A stretch of 64,000 bases of DNA, taken from contig OZ244252.1 in assembly GCA_965217185.1 (NCBI GenBank), positions 3,744,001 through 3,808,000 of the forward strand, written 5' to 3'. The position numbers and the translations under genes are program-made. The stretch comes from an uncultured Candidatus Entotheonella sp. (GTDB lineage: Bacteria > Tectomicrobia > Entotheonellia > Entotheonellales > Entotheonellaceae). Shown here one piece after another: positions 56,024-64,000 of the stretch. Numbering within the stretch: position 1 is the stretch's first letter; each line of letters starts with the position of its first letter. The notes beneath the pieces were generated by a model. It was not told where the DNA came from and did no database searches. It saw only the letters and a program-made list of their open reading frames with translations.

Positions 56024-57358
56024 CTACAGGGCGAAGGTTTCGGCGCAGGCATGCATGAACCGTTCGGCCGCCTCGCCGACCCGGTGCTCGACGCCAAACG
56101 AGACACGCACGAAGGGGCGTTTGGCGGCGGCGAATCCGGGGGCATAGACGACCGGCCCGGGCGTGCTGACGCGCGGCGTGCCGTTGTTCATCGTCAACTC
56201 GCCGTGCGGCAGGTCGGTCGGCGGGTACATGCGGGTACCGGCCACCAGGACGACGCCATACGCTTCATAGCAGCGTGCCACAAACTCATCCGCGCTCAGC
56301 CCGGTGCGCTCCAGCAGCCGCTCCACGTACAGCGGCAGGTAGAAAGCATTCGCGCTGCGGCTCAGCGGCGGCACCTCGATACCGTACTCCTCGATGCCCT
56401 CCACGGCGGCGCGAAACACCTCGTGGCGCCGCCGGATTTCCGACGCCGTGGTCTCGGCCAGCGCCATGTGGTGCTCCAGCAGGTGCGCCGCGAAGAGCAG
56501 CTTGACGTTGCTGGTGGAGATCGATTCGGCGGCCTTGAGCATGCGCAGCGCCTCGATCAGCTCGGTATTGGCGCACAGCGCAAAGCCCAACCGGTAGCCC
56601 GGCAGCCCGAACTTCTTGGAAAAGCTGTCGATGTAGATGGTGCGGTCGGGGTCGAGGCCGCCGAGGGCCCGGATGGCCTGCGGCTCGAGGGCGTGCAGGG
56701 CGTACACCATGTCGACGGCCAGCACGCAGTCGTACGGCGCCACCGCGCGGTTGATGCGCGCCACCTGCTCGGCGCTCAGCACGTAGCCGGTGGGATTGTG
56801 CGGCGCGTTGATCAGGACCACCCCCACCTGTGGGTTTACCAGCGCCTCGATGCCCGACACCAACTCTTCCGCCGAGTAAGCGGTGTACGCCAGGACGCCG
56901 GCATGCGCCGTGACGATGGTGGGGAAATACGGGTAGCAGGGCGTCGGCACCAGCACGTATTGGCGCTCGTCCCTGGCCGACCCCAGCGGCGCCACGCAGG
57001 CCCGCACGATGCCGCTGATGGCGTTGTGACCGCCGTCGTACGGCACCACGTGCCGCTCGTCCAATTCAGGGCGCCCGAGCAGTCCGCCGACGTGCTCGGC
57101 CATGGCCTGATTGGCATCCAGCTCGCCCCGCGTTCCGGAGTACATGGTGGCGCGCGATACCAGCCGCGGGTCGCCGTAAAATCCATGTATGATGCCCTGC
57201 CAGGTTTCATCGTCGGTGATCTGCGCGATTTCGCCAATGCCGAGGTGGAAGCTTTCGGGGTCGAACGAGAAGGCGCGGTAATCGCCGAAGAAGCGGCGGA
57301 GATTCAGCGTTTCGAGGTTTTCGCGGGCAAAGTTGGTGAGGAACGATCGCTGGCTCAT
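56024..57358 (-). CDS. PLP-dependent aminotransferase class I/II
   Basis: NAPHNPTG, DMVY, SFSKKFGLPGYRLG. Confidence 0.9.
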   Translation of the reverse strand: MSQRSFLTNFARENLETLNLRRFFGDYRAFSFDPESFHLGIGEIAQITDDETWQGIIHGFYGDPRLVSRATMYSGTRGELDANQAMAEHVGGLLGRPELDERHVVPYDGGHNAISGIVRACVAPLGSARDERQYVLVPTPCYPYFPTIVTAHAGVLAYTAYSAEELVSGIEALVNPQVGVVLINAPHNPTGYVLSAEQVARINRAVAPYDCVLAVDMVYALHALEPQAIRALGGLDPDRTIYIDSFSKKFGLPGYRLGFALCANTELIEALRMLKAAESISTSNVKLLFAAHLLEHHMALAETTASEIRRRHEVFRAAVEGIEEYGIEVPPLSRSANAFYLPLYVERLLERTGLSADEFVARCYEAYGVVLVAGTRMYPPTDLPHGELTMNNGTPRVSTPGPVVYAPGFAAAKRPFVRVSFGVEHRVGEAAERFMHACAETFAL

Positions 57359-57511
57359 GCATCTCCCTGAGGATGGCCTCGTTGGTCCGTAATCAGCCTG
57401 TAGCTCGCAGGCTCTGACATCGCATTTCCCATCGTTGAGCGCGGTTATTGTAGTCAGACAGGCTGCCCGCGTGTCAACACCCTCAGGCTAGCAAGCTTTG
57501 AAGAGGACCCA

Positions 57512-58741
57512 ATGACGGCCTATGCCTGGTTCATCATGGGGCAGTCGTTCGTGACCACTGCCCTGGTGTTCGGCGTGTGGTTTTCGTACGCCGTGTTTTT
57601 CGTGGCCATGCTGGAGTCGTTCGACTGGAGCCGCGGCGGGGCGGCGATGGCCTTCTCGGTGGGCAGCGTCGTGCAGGCCGCGTCGTCGCCGCTTGTCGGC
57701 ATGCTGACGGACCGCTGGGGGCCGCGCGTCGTGGTGGTCGGCGGCCTGGGCGCCATGGCGGTGGGCCTGGCGGCGTGCAGCTTGGTGCAGACATTGTGGC
57801 ACTTGGTCGTGCTGTTCGGTGTCATCGTCGGCTTTGGGGTCGGGCTGGCAGGGCAGGTGTCGCACGCCGCGTTGCTGTCGCGCTGGTTCGTCAAGCGCCG
57901 CGGCACGATGATCGGCTTCGCGTTCGCCGGCATGGGGCTGGGCGTCAAGGTCATGGGGCCGCTCTCGCAGGCGCTCATGTCGCGCTTCGGCTGGCGGTAT
58001 GCGTTTGTGGTCTTGGGCGGCATCACCGCGCTGTACGCCTTTACGGTTTTACTCACCTTGCGCAACCGGCCCGAGGACGTTGGCCTGCAGCCCTACGGCG
58101 CTGAGGAGTCAACCGATCAGCCCGCAGCCACGCCGTCCGGGGAAGCGAGCTGGACCGTCCGGCAGGCCCTGCGCACGCGGCAGTTCTGGGCCCTGGGGCT
58201 GGCGCAGGTGTTCATTCCGCTGGGCATCTTTCCGGTGTCCGTGCATCAGGTTGCCTACCTGACGGACCTGGGCTTCAGCCACGTTCTGGCGGCGGGCGTT
58301 CTCGGCTACATGGGGGTGATGAGCTCGTGCGGCCGGCTGCTCTTCGGGGCGCTCTCCGATCGGCTCGGACGCTTCGGCGGCGTGACCCTGAGCGTGATTT
58401 TTTCGCAACTCGGCATCCTGGCGCTTCTCATGCTCGATGGTGTCAGCGTCATGTGGCCGCTGTATCTGTATGCGGTGTGTTTCGGCCTGGGATACGGCGC
58501 CCGCGGCCCCATCATCTCGGCCATCGCGGCAGACCGCTTTCCGGGCCGTTCGTTCGCTACGATCTTCGGGTTCATCAGTATCGGCCACGGCTTGGGCGGC
58601 GCACTCGGTCCCTGGTACGGTGGCGCCATGTACGACCGCCTGGGATCCTACACCCTCGCGTTCGCGCTGGCGTGCGTATCGCTGTGCGGGGTGATCGGCT
58701 GCTTTTGGGTGGCAACGCGGCGGGCGGAGGGGCGTTGGTGA
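57512..58741 (+). CDS. MFS transporter
   Basis: About 12 TM segments; GMLTDRWGPR and GALSDRLGR motif A; RWFVKRRG. Confidence 0.92.
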   Translation: MTAYAWFIMGQSFVTTALVFGVWFSYAVFFVAMLESFDWSRGGAAMAFSVGSVVQAASSPLVGMLTDRWGPRVVVVGGLGAMAVGLAACSLVQTLWHLVVLFGVIVGFGVGLAGQVSHAALLSRWFVKRRGTMIGFAFAGMGLGVKVMGPLSQALMSRFGWRYAFVVLGGITALYAFTVLLTLRNRPEDVGLQPYGAEESTDQPAATPSGEASWTVRQALRTRQFWALGLAQVFIPLGIFPVSVHQVAYLTDLGFSHVLAAGVLGYMGVMSSCGRLLFGALSDRLGRFGGVTLSVIFSQLGILALLMLDGVSVMWPLYLYAVCFGLGYGARGPIISAIAADRFPGRSFATIFGFISIGHGLGGALGPWYGGAMYDRLGSYTLAFALACVSLCGVIGCFWVATRRAEGRW

Positions 58742-58920
58742 TAGTGATTTTTCACGGCTGAAACAAAACAGCGTTATGTCGGTATTCGCCTTTAGCACGC
58801 AGACTGGGGTAGAGTAGGTCGGCGTCTCAAGGTTGTCCCGGTGCGGGGGAACCGGATAGCCAACCGGGGAAGCCGCTCGTACCTTACGACGACAAACCAT
58901 CAGAATCGGAGGACGGAAAG

Positions 58921-59283
58921 GTGGCGAGCTCCGCTCTCAATCTGACCATCAGCGTACTTGGCATTCGCGAAGAGGATTCCTGGTGCGCCATCGCCCTGGA
59001 AATGAGCCTGCGGGGTTATGGTGAAACATTCGATGACGCACTCAGCGAACTCATCGCTGCGATTGAGGCGCAACTGTCCTTCGCCGCCCAGCATGGGACG
59101 ATTGATCAGATATTCATTCCCGCCGAACCGGAGTATATCCGTTTGTATGCCGACCGAAAGCGTGACGCGGTGAAGCGGAAAGCGTGTGGGTTGGATCAAA
59201 CTGCCCTGCCCGACTACGTCGTCGGTGACATTGCCTTGCCGGAGCCTCTGGAAGGAGTGTTCACCGAAGTAGCGAAGACATAA
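58921..59283 (+). CDS. HicB-like antitoxin
   Basis: WCAIALEMSLRGYGETFDDALSELIAAI matches the HicB RNase-H-like fold pattern. Confidence 0.6.
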   Translation: MASSALNLTISVLGIREEDSWCAIALEMSLRGYGETFDDALSELIAAIEAQLSFAAQHGTIDQIFIPAEPEYIRLYADRKRDAVKRKACGLDQTALPDYVVGDIALPEPLEGVFTEVAKT

Positions 59284-59296
59284 GATCGGTCATGCC

Positions 59297-59420
59297 ATGC
59301 GGAAACGAGACTATCGGTTCGTAGTCGCTCGGCTTCGCGCCTATGACGATCGCTTCGAAGTCCACGAACGACGCGGCAAAGGAACTCATCCGCATCTTCC
59401 AGCTACCTGCCGACATCTTC
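59297..59420 (+). pseudogene. possible HicA-like toxin remnant
   Basis: MRKRDYRFVVARLRAYDDRFEVHERRGKGTH resembles a HicA N-terminus, then the frame runs into the antisense of the next gene. Confidence 0.35.
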
Positions 59421-59464
59421 GATTGATCACGGAGGTTTTCCGAAAGACCGCGGGGAAACGCGCT

Positions 59465-60535
59465 TTACGTCGCTTGCCGGGCCATCTCGTGCATGGCGTG
59501 GCGGGTGGGCGGCATGTAATTGGTGGCGAGGTCGGCGGGGGCGTTCAGGGTGCCGGCGAAGTTGGCGTAGACGTAGCGGCGTCCGTTGACGTGCACGTGC
59601 AGGGGGATGCCGTCGCCATGGTGCAGCTCGAGGTCGTGCGGCGCGGTGTGCAGGGCGCCCAAGAGACGGTGCAGGTGCTGGGCGAATAGCCGCAGGCGGT
59701 GGTCGGGAATCTCGTGCAGCGGCTGCCGGTCATCCAGCGCAATGACCTCGAAGTGCCGACCGAATTTGCCGAACGGCGACCAGTGCGAAACGATGCCGTC
59801 GTCCTCATGCAGGTGAAAGCCAAAGCATCGCATCAAGTCCACACTTTCCTGCCACACATCCGGATGGCGCGCCGTGACCACCATCTCCTGCTCCACGTCC
59901 GGGAAAATGCGGTCCGCGCCGATGGCCTGAATATGAATGTGCGGCTGCGAGGCGCCGGATTCCCGCCCCTGATGCTTGCGGACGAGCACCGACTTGACGG
60001 CCGGGTTGTCCATGGCGTGCCGCACCACGTCGGCAGTCGTGCGCAGCACGTGGTAGTACTGCGCCGCGGACAGCGCGCCGGACCACATGAGATCGGTCAG
60101 GTCGGCGGCACCGGGCAGAAAATGGCGGGCGTCCTCGATGATGACGTACGACTCGTTTCTGCCCCCTGTGCACGCCTCCGGGATGCGCGGCACGATGTTG
60201 CGCACCACGCGCATGGCCCAAGCCTCGGCCCGGCTGCCGTCGGGCGGGGTGACGCCGGGGTGCATGTCGCCGTAGGTGACGCGCAGGACCTCTTCCATCG
60301 TCATGGCCTCGTTGCCCGGACAGAATACGCAGGCGTCCCGCACGCGCTGCATGTCGGCGCGCACGTCGTAGGTCGATGGCGGTGATGGAGCGGTCGGGGC
60401 CGATTCCTGGGGGTTCGTCAGGTGGCGGTAGGCGTGGGGCTTGCGGTGGATGTTGTTGAAATAGGTGACGTTGCCGGTAAAGGGATTGCGAATCCACAGA
60501 ACGGCGCCGTCCTTCGTGCCGTATTCGATGCTCAT
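59465..60535 (-). CDS. GalT-like/HIT-family nucleotidyltransferase
   Basis: CVFCPGNE, VRNIVPR, GASQPHIHIQ (HxHxQ); start placed at MSIEYG. Confidence 0.75.
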   Translation of the reverse strand: MSIEYGTKDGAVLWIRNPFTGNVTYFNNIHRKPHAYRHLTNPQESAPTAPSPPSTYDVRADMQRVRDACVFCPGNEAMTMEEVLRVTYGDMHPGVTPPDGSRAEAWAMRVVRNIVPRIPEACTGGRNESYVIIEDARHFLPGAADLTDLMWSGALSAAQYYHVLRTTADVVRHAMDNPAVKSVLVRKHQGRESGASQPHIHIQAIGADRIFPDVEQEMVVTARHPDVWQESVDLMRCFGFHLHEDDGIVSHWSPFGKFGRHFEVIALDDRQPLHEIPDHRLRLFAQHLHRLLGALHTAPHDLELHHGDGIPLHVHVNGRRYVYANFAGTLNAPADLATNYMPPTRHAMHEMARQAT

Positions 60536-60643
60536 GCCGGTTGGTGCCCCTTGCATGCCGGATGTCAGATTGTTTGTAGCGGCGGGTACTCTACTGTAAC
60601 CGGGCATTGAATTCAACGCGGCGCGGTCGCCGCCTGTAACAAC

Positions 60644-61612
60644 CTACAGATCCAGCAGATCGTCCATGGCATCCGAATCGGCCGCGTCGAGAAGGCGTTG
60701 GGCAGCGTGGCGCAGTTCCTGGCGCTGGCTGAAGCTGAACGAAACTTGATACTGGCGCTTTTCAAAGTAGGGCGGTGGGCGTAGCGAGATGGTGGGCGGC
60801 AGGCGCAAACGGCGGGCGGCTTCCCGGTAGCGCTGTTCGTGGGCGGTGAGTTGGGGGTAGCGCGCCTGGCGCAGGGCGTGCCGCACCGCTTCGCGTTTCT
60901 GCGGCCCGGAACGCTGCGGGTCGGCGAGCAAGGCGGGTATGCCGAGCCGCTCAAACAGCGCGGCGGTGGTGCAGGCGTCCCGTTGGCAGACTTCGTCGAT
61001 ATAAGCGGCGCACTCCTGGGCGCGATTGCTGCCGAGTTGCAGGCTGGCGAATAGGGGCAGCGCGGCTTGCCGGTCGGTGATGTCCAGGCCGCCGACCCAC
61101 AGGGCGACGTCAACGGGCAAGGCGCTTTCGACCGTTGCCGCTTGCAGGGCGTCGTCCAGGGTAGCCAGGGTGCAATAGGCTTCCAGTGTATCGGCGCGCG
61201 GCGGCAGGTCCAGCAGCGGGCAGAACTGTTCGGTCAGGTCGGCGTCCGGGTACTGAAAATCGTGTCGCAGACGCCGGAGGATGCGGGCCTTTTCCACGGC
61301 ATTGAAGAGGCGGCAGGCCAGATTGTCGTGCACGGCGAGCAGAAATGCCTGCTGCTCCGAGAGCTCATCAGCCTCGTGGACCAAGGCCGGCACGGTTGCC
61401 TGTCCGGCCTGCCGCGCAGCGCGCAGACGCTTGGAGCCCGCTACGAGTTGCAGGAGCGCCGATTCGGCCGGCCGGCGCACGTGCAGCGGCGTCAGGACGC
61501 CCATGCGCGCGACGGAATCCAGAAGGCGTTGCATCTGCGGCCGGTAGGTGACCACGAATGCTTCGTCGTCCAAGGCGATGTCCGCCACCGGGATGTGCCC
61601 GAACCTCGGCAT
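60644..61612 (-). CDS. ParB N-terminal domain protein
   Basis: LLDSVARMGVLTPL, LVAGSKRLRAA, HDN...FNAVEKA. Confidence 0.75.
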   Translation of the reverse strand: MPRFGHIPVADIALDDEAFVVTYRPQMQRLLDSVARMGVLTPLHVRRPAESALLQLVAGSKRLRAARQAGQATVPALVHEADELSEQQAFLLAVHDNLACRLFNAVEKARILRRLRHDFQYPDADLTEQFCPLLDLPPRADTLEAYCTLATLDDALQAATVESALPVDVALWVGGLDITDRQAALPLFASLQLGSNRAQECAAYIDEVCQRDACTTAALFERLGIPALLADPQRSGPQKREAVRHALRQARYPQLTAHEQRYREAARRLRLPPTISLRPPPYFEKRQYQVSFSFSQRQELRHAAQRLLDAADSDAMDDLLDL

Positions 61613-61646
61613 GTCAAACTTCTTTTCCAAGCCGGTGGCTCTGCAC

Positions 61647-61676
61647 AAAAAGCCCGTCTCGTTCCGTGGCGGGTTT
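61647..61676 (-). terminator. putative intrinsic terminator after hsdR
   Basis: Minus strand AAACCCGCC-loop-GACGGGCTTTTT. Confidence 0.45.
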
Positions 61677-61696
61677 CATGAAGTTGAGGTTTCCCT

Positions 61697-64000
61697 TCAC
61701 GCCGCGCCCGCCCGGTCGTAAGCCAGCCCGAACACCGTATCGGTCAGCCAGCGCTTGAAACCCGCATTGTCCATGAACTGCTTGAACAGTTCCGTGTCGT
61801 CTTTCATCAGCGAAGTCATTACCCGCTGCAGTGCCCTGTCATGCTCGATGCGGGCGTTCTCCCGGTCCGAATTGCGCTGTGCGTTCTTGAAAGCGCTGTC
61901 CGCGGCAATCCGCGATGGGATGGTTTCGGTGATGAGTTGGTGCACGCGGTCGGCGTCGTCCCATGAGATGTCCCCGAAGTGCTCATTGAACGACCGGAGG
62001 ATGTTCGACAGTCGATCCAGTTCGGGTTCGGGCCGGTGGCCGCCGCCGCTGGTCGGCACCGGGTCGATCTCGGCGTCCTCGTCGGGCAGCATGATCTTCT
62101 GTAGCGCCTGTTTCTCGACCCGGTAGCTGTCCATGTCGATGGTGTCCAGGATGCCCTTGGACAGGTCCTCCTCCTGCGGCGCCGGCAGCTTGGGGATCAG
62201 GAAATTCAGGAAAATCGAGCGCTTTTCCCAGGCGGCGTGGGTGTAGGGCAGCACTGACGACAGGAAGGCGTAGGTGCGCACGAATGCCTTGGCGTTGCCC
62301 TTGAACGCTACCTGCCCGTCTTCGTCCAGGTCGTTCAGATAGGCCGCCACGCAGGCGTCGAGGATGGGGTCGAGCCGGTCGCGGTCCGCCCCGCCTAGGT
62401 AGCGTTCCACCAGGTCGTCGACCTGTTCCGGGGCATACACCTGAGCGCCGTCCAGGTCCGCCTGCAGGTCGTGCAGCTTGTCGGGGTCGGTCTCGTCGGC
62501 CAGGATCGTCGTGCGGTAGAAGTCCGCGAAGGCGTAACGGATGGTGTCGGCATCGTTCAGAAAGTCCAGCACGAAGGCGTCGTGCTTCTGCGGATGCGCC
62601 CGGTTGAGGCGCGACAGCGTCTGCACCGCCTTGATGCCCGACAGCGTCTTGTCGACGTACATCGTGTGCAGCAGCGGCTCGTCGTAGCCGGTCTGGAACT
62701 TGTCGGCGCAGATGAGGAAGCGGTAAGGGTCCTGCCGGATCATCTCGGCAATCTTGTTGGACGAAAAGCCGTTCAGCGACGCCTCGCTGACCTTGGCGCC
62801 GCCAAACTCGAACTCGCCGGAGAACGCCACGATGGCCTGGTAGCGGCTCTTTCTCTCCCCCAAGTAGTCGCGCACGGCGTGAAGGTACTGGATGGCGCGC
62901 TCGATGCCGCTGGTGACCACCATCGCTCGCGCCTGGCCGCCGATCTTGCTCTGCGTGAGCACCTGGTCGTGGAAGTGGTCCACCATGATCTCGGCCTTGA
63001 GGCGAATGGCGTGGTCGTGGCCTTCGACAAAGCGCCGCAGTTTCTTCTGGGCTCTTTTGGTGTCGAACTCCGGGTCGTCCGCCACGGTTTTGGCGAGCTT
63101 GTAGTAGCTCTGCACCGGTGTGTAGTGCTGCAGCACGTCGAGGATGAAACCTTCCTGGATCGCCTGCTTCATGGTGTAGCTGTGGAAGGGGTGGTGCTTG
63201 ACGGCGCCGTCGGGCTGTGGCTCCGGGTGGCCGAAGATCTCCAGCGTCTTGTTCTTGGGGGTAGCGGTGAAGGCAAAGTAGCTGGCGTTGGTGAGCAGCT
63301 TGTGCGACTCCATGAGGCGGTTGATCTGATCCTCGAACGTCTCCTCCTCGTCCGCCTGGCCGGCTTCGGACAGCGCCTGCGTCATCGCCCCGCTGGTACG
63401 GCCACCCTGGCTGGAGTGGGCCTCGTCGATGATGATGGCGAAGCGCCTGCCGCGCTGCTCGTTGCCGATCTCGTCGAGGATGAACGGGAACTTCTGCACC
63501 GTCGAGATAATGATCTTCTTGCCGCTCTCGATGAACTGGCGCAGGTCGCCGGAGCGGTCGGCGTGTCCCACCGTGGCGCTGACCTGGGAGAACTGCCGGA
63601 TGGTGTCGTGAATCTGCTTGTCCAGAATGCGCCGGTCGGTGACCACGATGATGGAATCGAAGACCGGCGTGTCGTCCTTCCTCAGGTCGATCAGCTGGCG
63701 CGCCAGCCAGGCGATGGAGTTGCTCTTGCCGCTGCCCGCCGAGTGCTGGATCAGGCAGCGCCGCCCCGCCCCGTGCGCCCCGGCGTCGGCCAGCAGGCGG
63801 CGCACTACGTCCAGTTGATGATACCGTGGCCAGATCTGTGTCTTGCGGGTCCGGCCCGTCTTGTCGTCCTTTGACGCCACCACCTGGGCGTAGTTCTCCA
63901 GGATGTCGGTCAGGCTGTCGCGAGACAGCACGGCGCGCCACAGGTAGTCGGTCTTGATGCCGCCCGGGTTCGGCGGGTTGCCGGCGCCGTCGTTCCAACC
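61697..64000 (-). CDS. hsdR: type I restriction endonuclease subunit R (5' end outside window)
   Basis: PRYHQ, HSAGSGKS, VVTDR, IIDEAHSSQ, FTATPK, KFQTGYDEP, QTLSRLNR; the frame is open to the window edge. Confidence 0.95.
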   Translation of the reverse strand, partial: GWNDGAGNPPNPGGIKTDYLWRAVLSRDSLTDILENYAQVVASKDDKTGRTRKTQIWPRYHQLDVVRRLLADAGAHGAGRRCLIQHSAGSGKSNSIAWLARQLIDLRKDDTPVFDSIIVVTDRRILDKQIHDTIRQFSQVSATVGHADRSGDLRQFIESGKKIIISTVQKFPFILDEIGNEQRGRRFAIIIDEAHSSQGGRTSGAMTQALSEAGQADEEETFEDQINRLMESHKLLTNASYFAFTATPKNKTLEIFGHPEPQPDGAVKHHPFHSYTMKQAIQEGFILDVLQHYTPVQSYYKLAKTVADDPEFDTKRAQKKLRRFVEGHDHAIRLKAEIMVDHFHDQVLTQSKIGGQARAMVVTSGIERAIQYLHAVRDYLGERKSRYQAIVAFSGEFEFGGAKVSEASLNGFSSNKIAEMIRQDPYRFLICADKFQTGYDEPLLHTMYVDKTLSGIKAVQTLSRLNRAHPQKHDAFVLDFLNDADTIRYAFADFYRTTILADETDPDKLHDLQADLDGAQVYAPEQVDDLVERYLGGADRDRLDPILDACVAAYLNDLDEDGQVAFKGNAKAFVRTYAFLSSVLPYTHAAWEKRSIFLNFLIPKLPAPQEEDLSKGILDTIDMDSYRVEKQALQKIMLPDEDAEIDPVPTSGGGHRPEPELDRLSNILRSFNEHFGDISWDDADRVHQLITETIPSRIAADSAFKNAQRNSDRENARIEHDRALQRVMTSLMKDDTELFKQFMDNAGFKRWLTDTVFGLAYDRAGAA

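Noticed and set aside
61983..63998. 671-aa alternative-frame ORF overlapping hsdR
   Set aside because: Arg/Pro/Gly-rich off-frame translation with no motifs.
1..64000. tRNA or rRNA genes
   Set aside because: None recognised by eye; a tRNAscan or Infernal run would be needed to exclude them.

Overview
GC-rich bacterial chromosomal segment. The gene content (tungsten AOR operon, PPi-type PFK, long IspG, many TA modules, 'QRFDDMNQRF' coiled-coil paralogs, a selenoprotein) would fit an uncultured lineage such as Tectomicrobia or a similar environmental/symbiotic bacterium, but that is inference only. Most of the window is housekeeping or metabolic: two ABC-F ATPases, cvpA, tatA, ispG, acpS, pfp, an aorABCDE-like operon, a DUF1302-DUF1329-YCF48-MMPL-P450 module and a partial hsdR. 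Three AT-richer accessory blocks interrupt it. (1) 8.0-10.1 kb: an array of five directly repeated dif-like (XerC/XerD) sites, one of them only a half-site, with exactly one foreign-looking ORF between each pair. It looks like an integron-like gene-cassette array built on Xer sites and is the best candidate for an undescribed system. (2) 35.2-40.1 kb: an IS with TIRs and a 5-bp target duplication in front of a split mcrB plus mcrC. (3) 44.6-48.7 kb: an operon of a membrane protein, an atypical AdoMetDC-like pyruvoyl enzyme and a DUF3326 protein, next to hicAB. Also present are a UGSC-type selenoprotein with an in-frame TGA, three GTAG-type REP elements, and several homopolymer frameshifts that may be assembly errors. 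Family assignments come from motif recognition by eye, not database searches.
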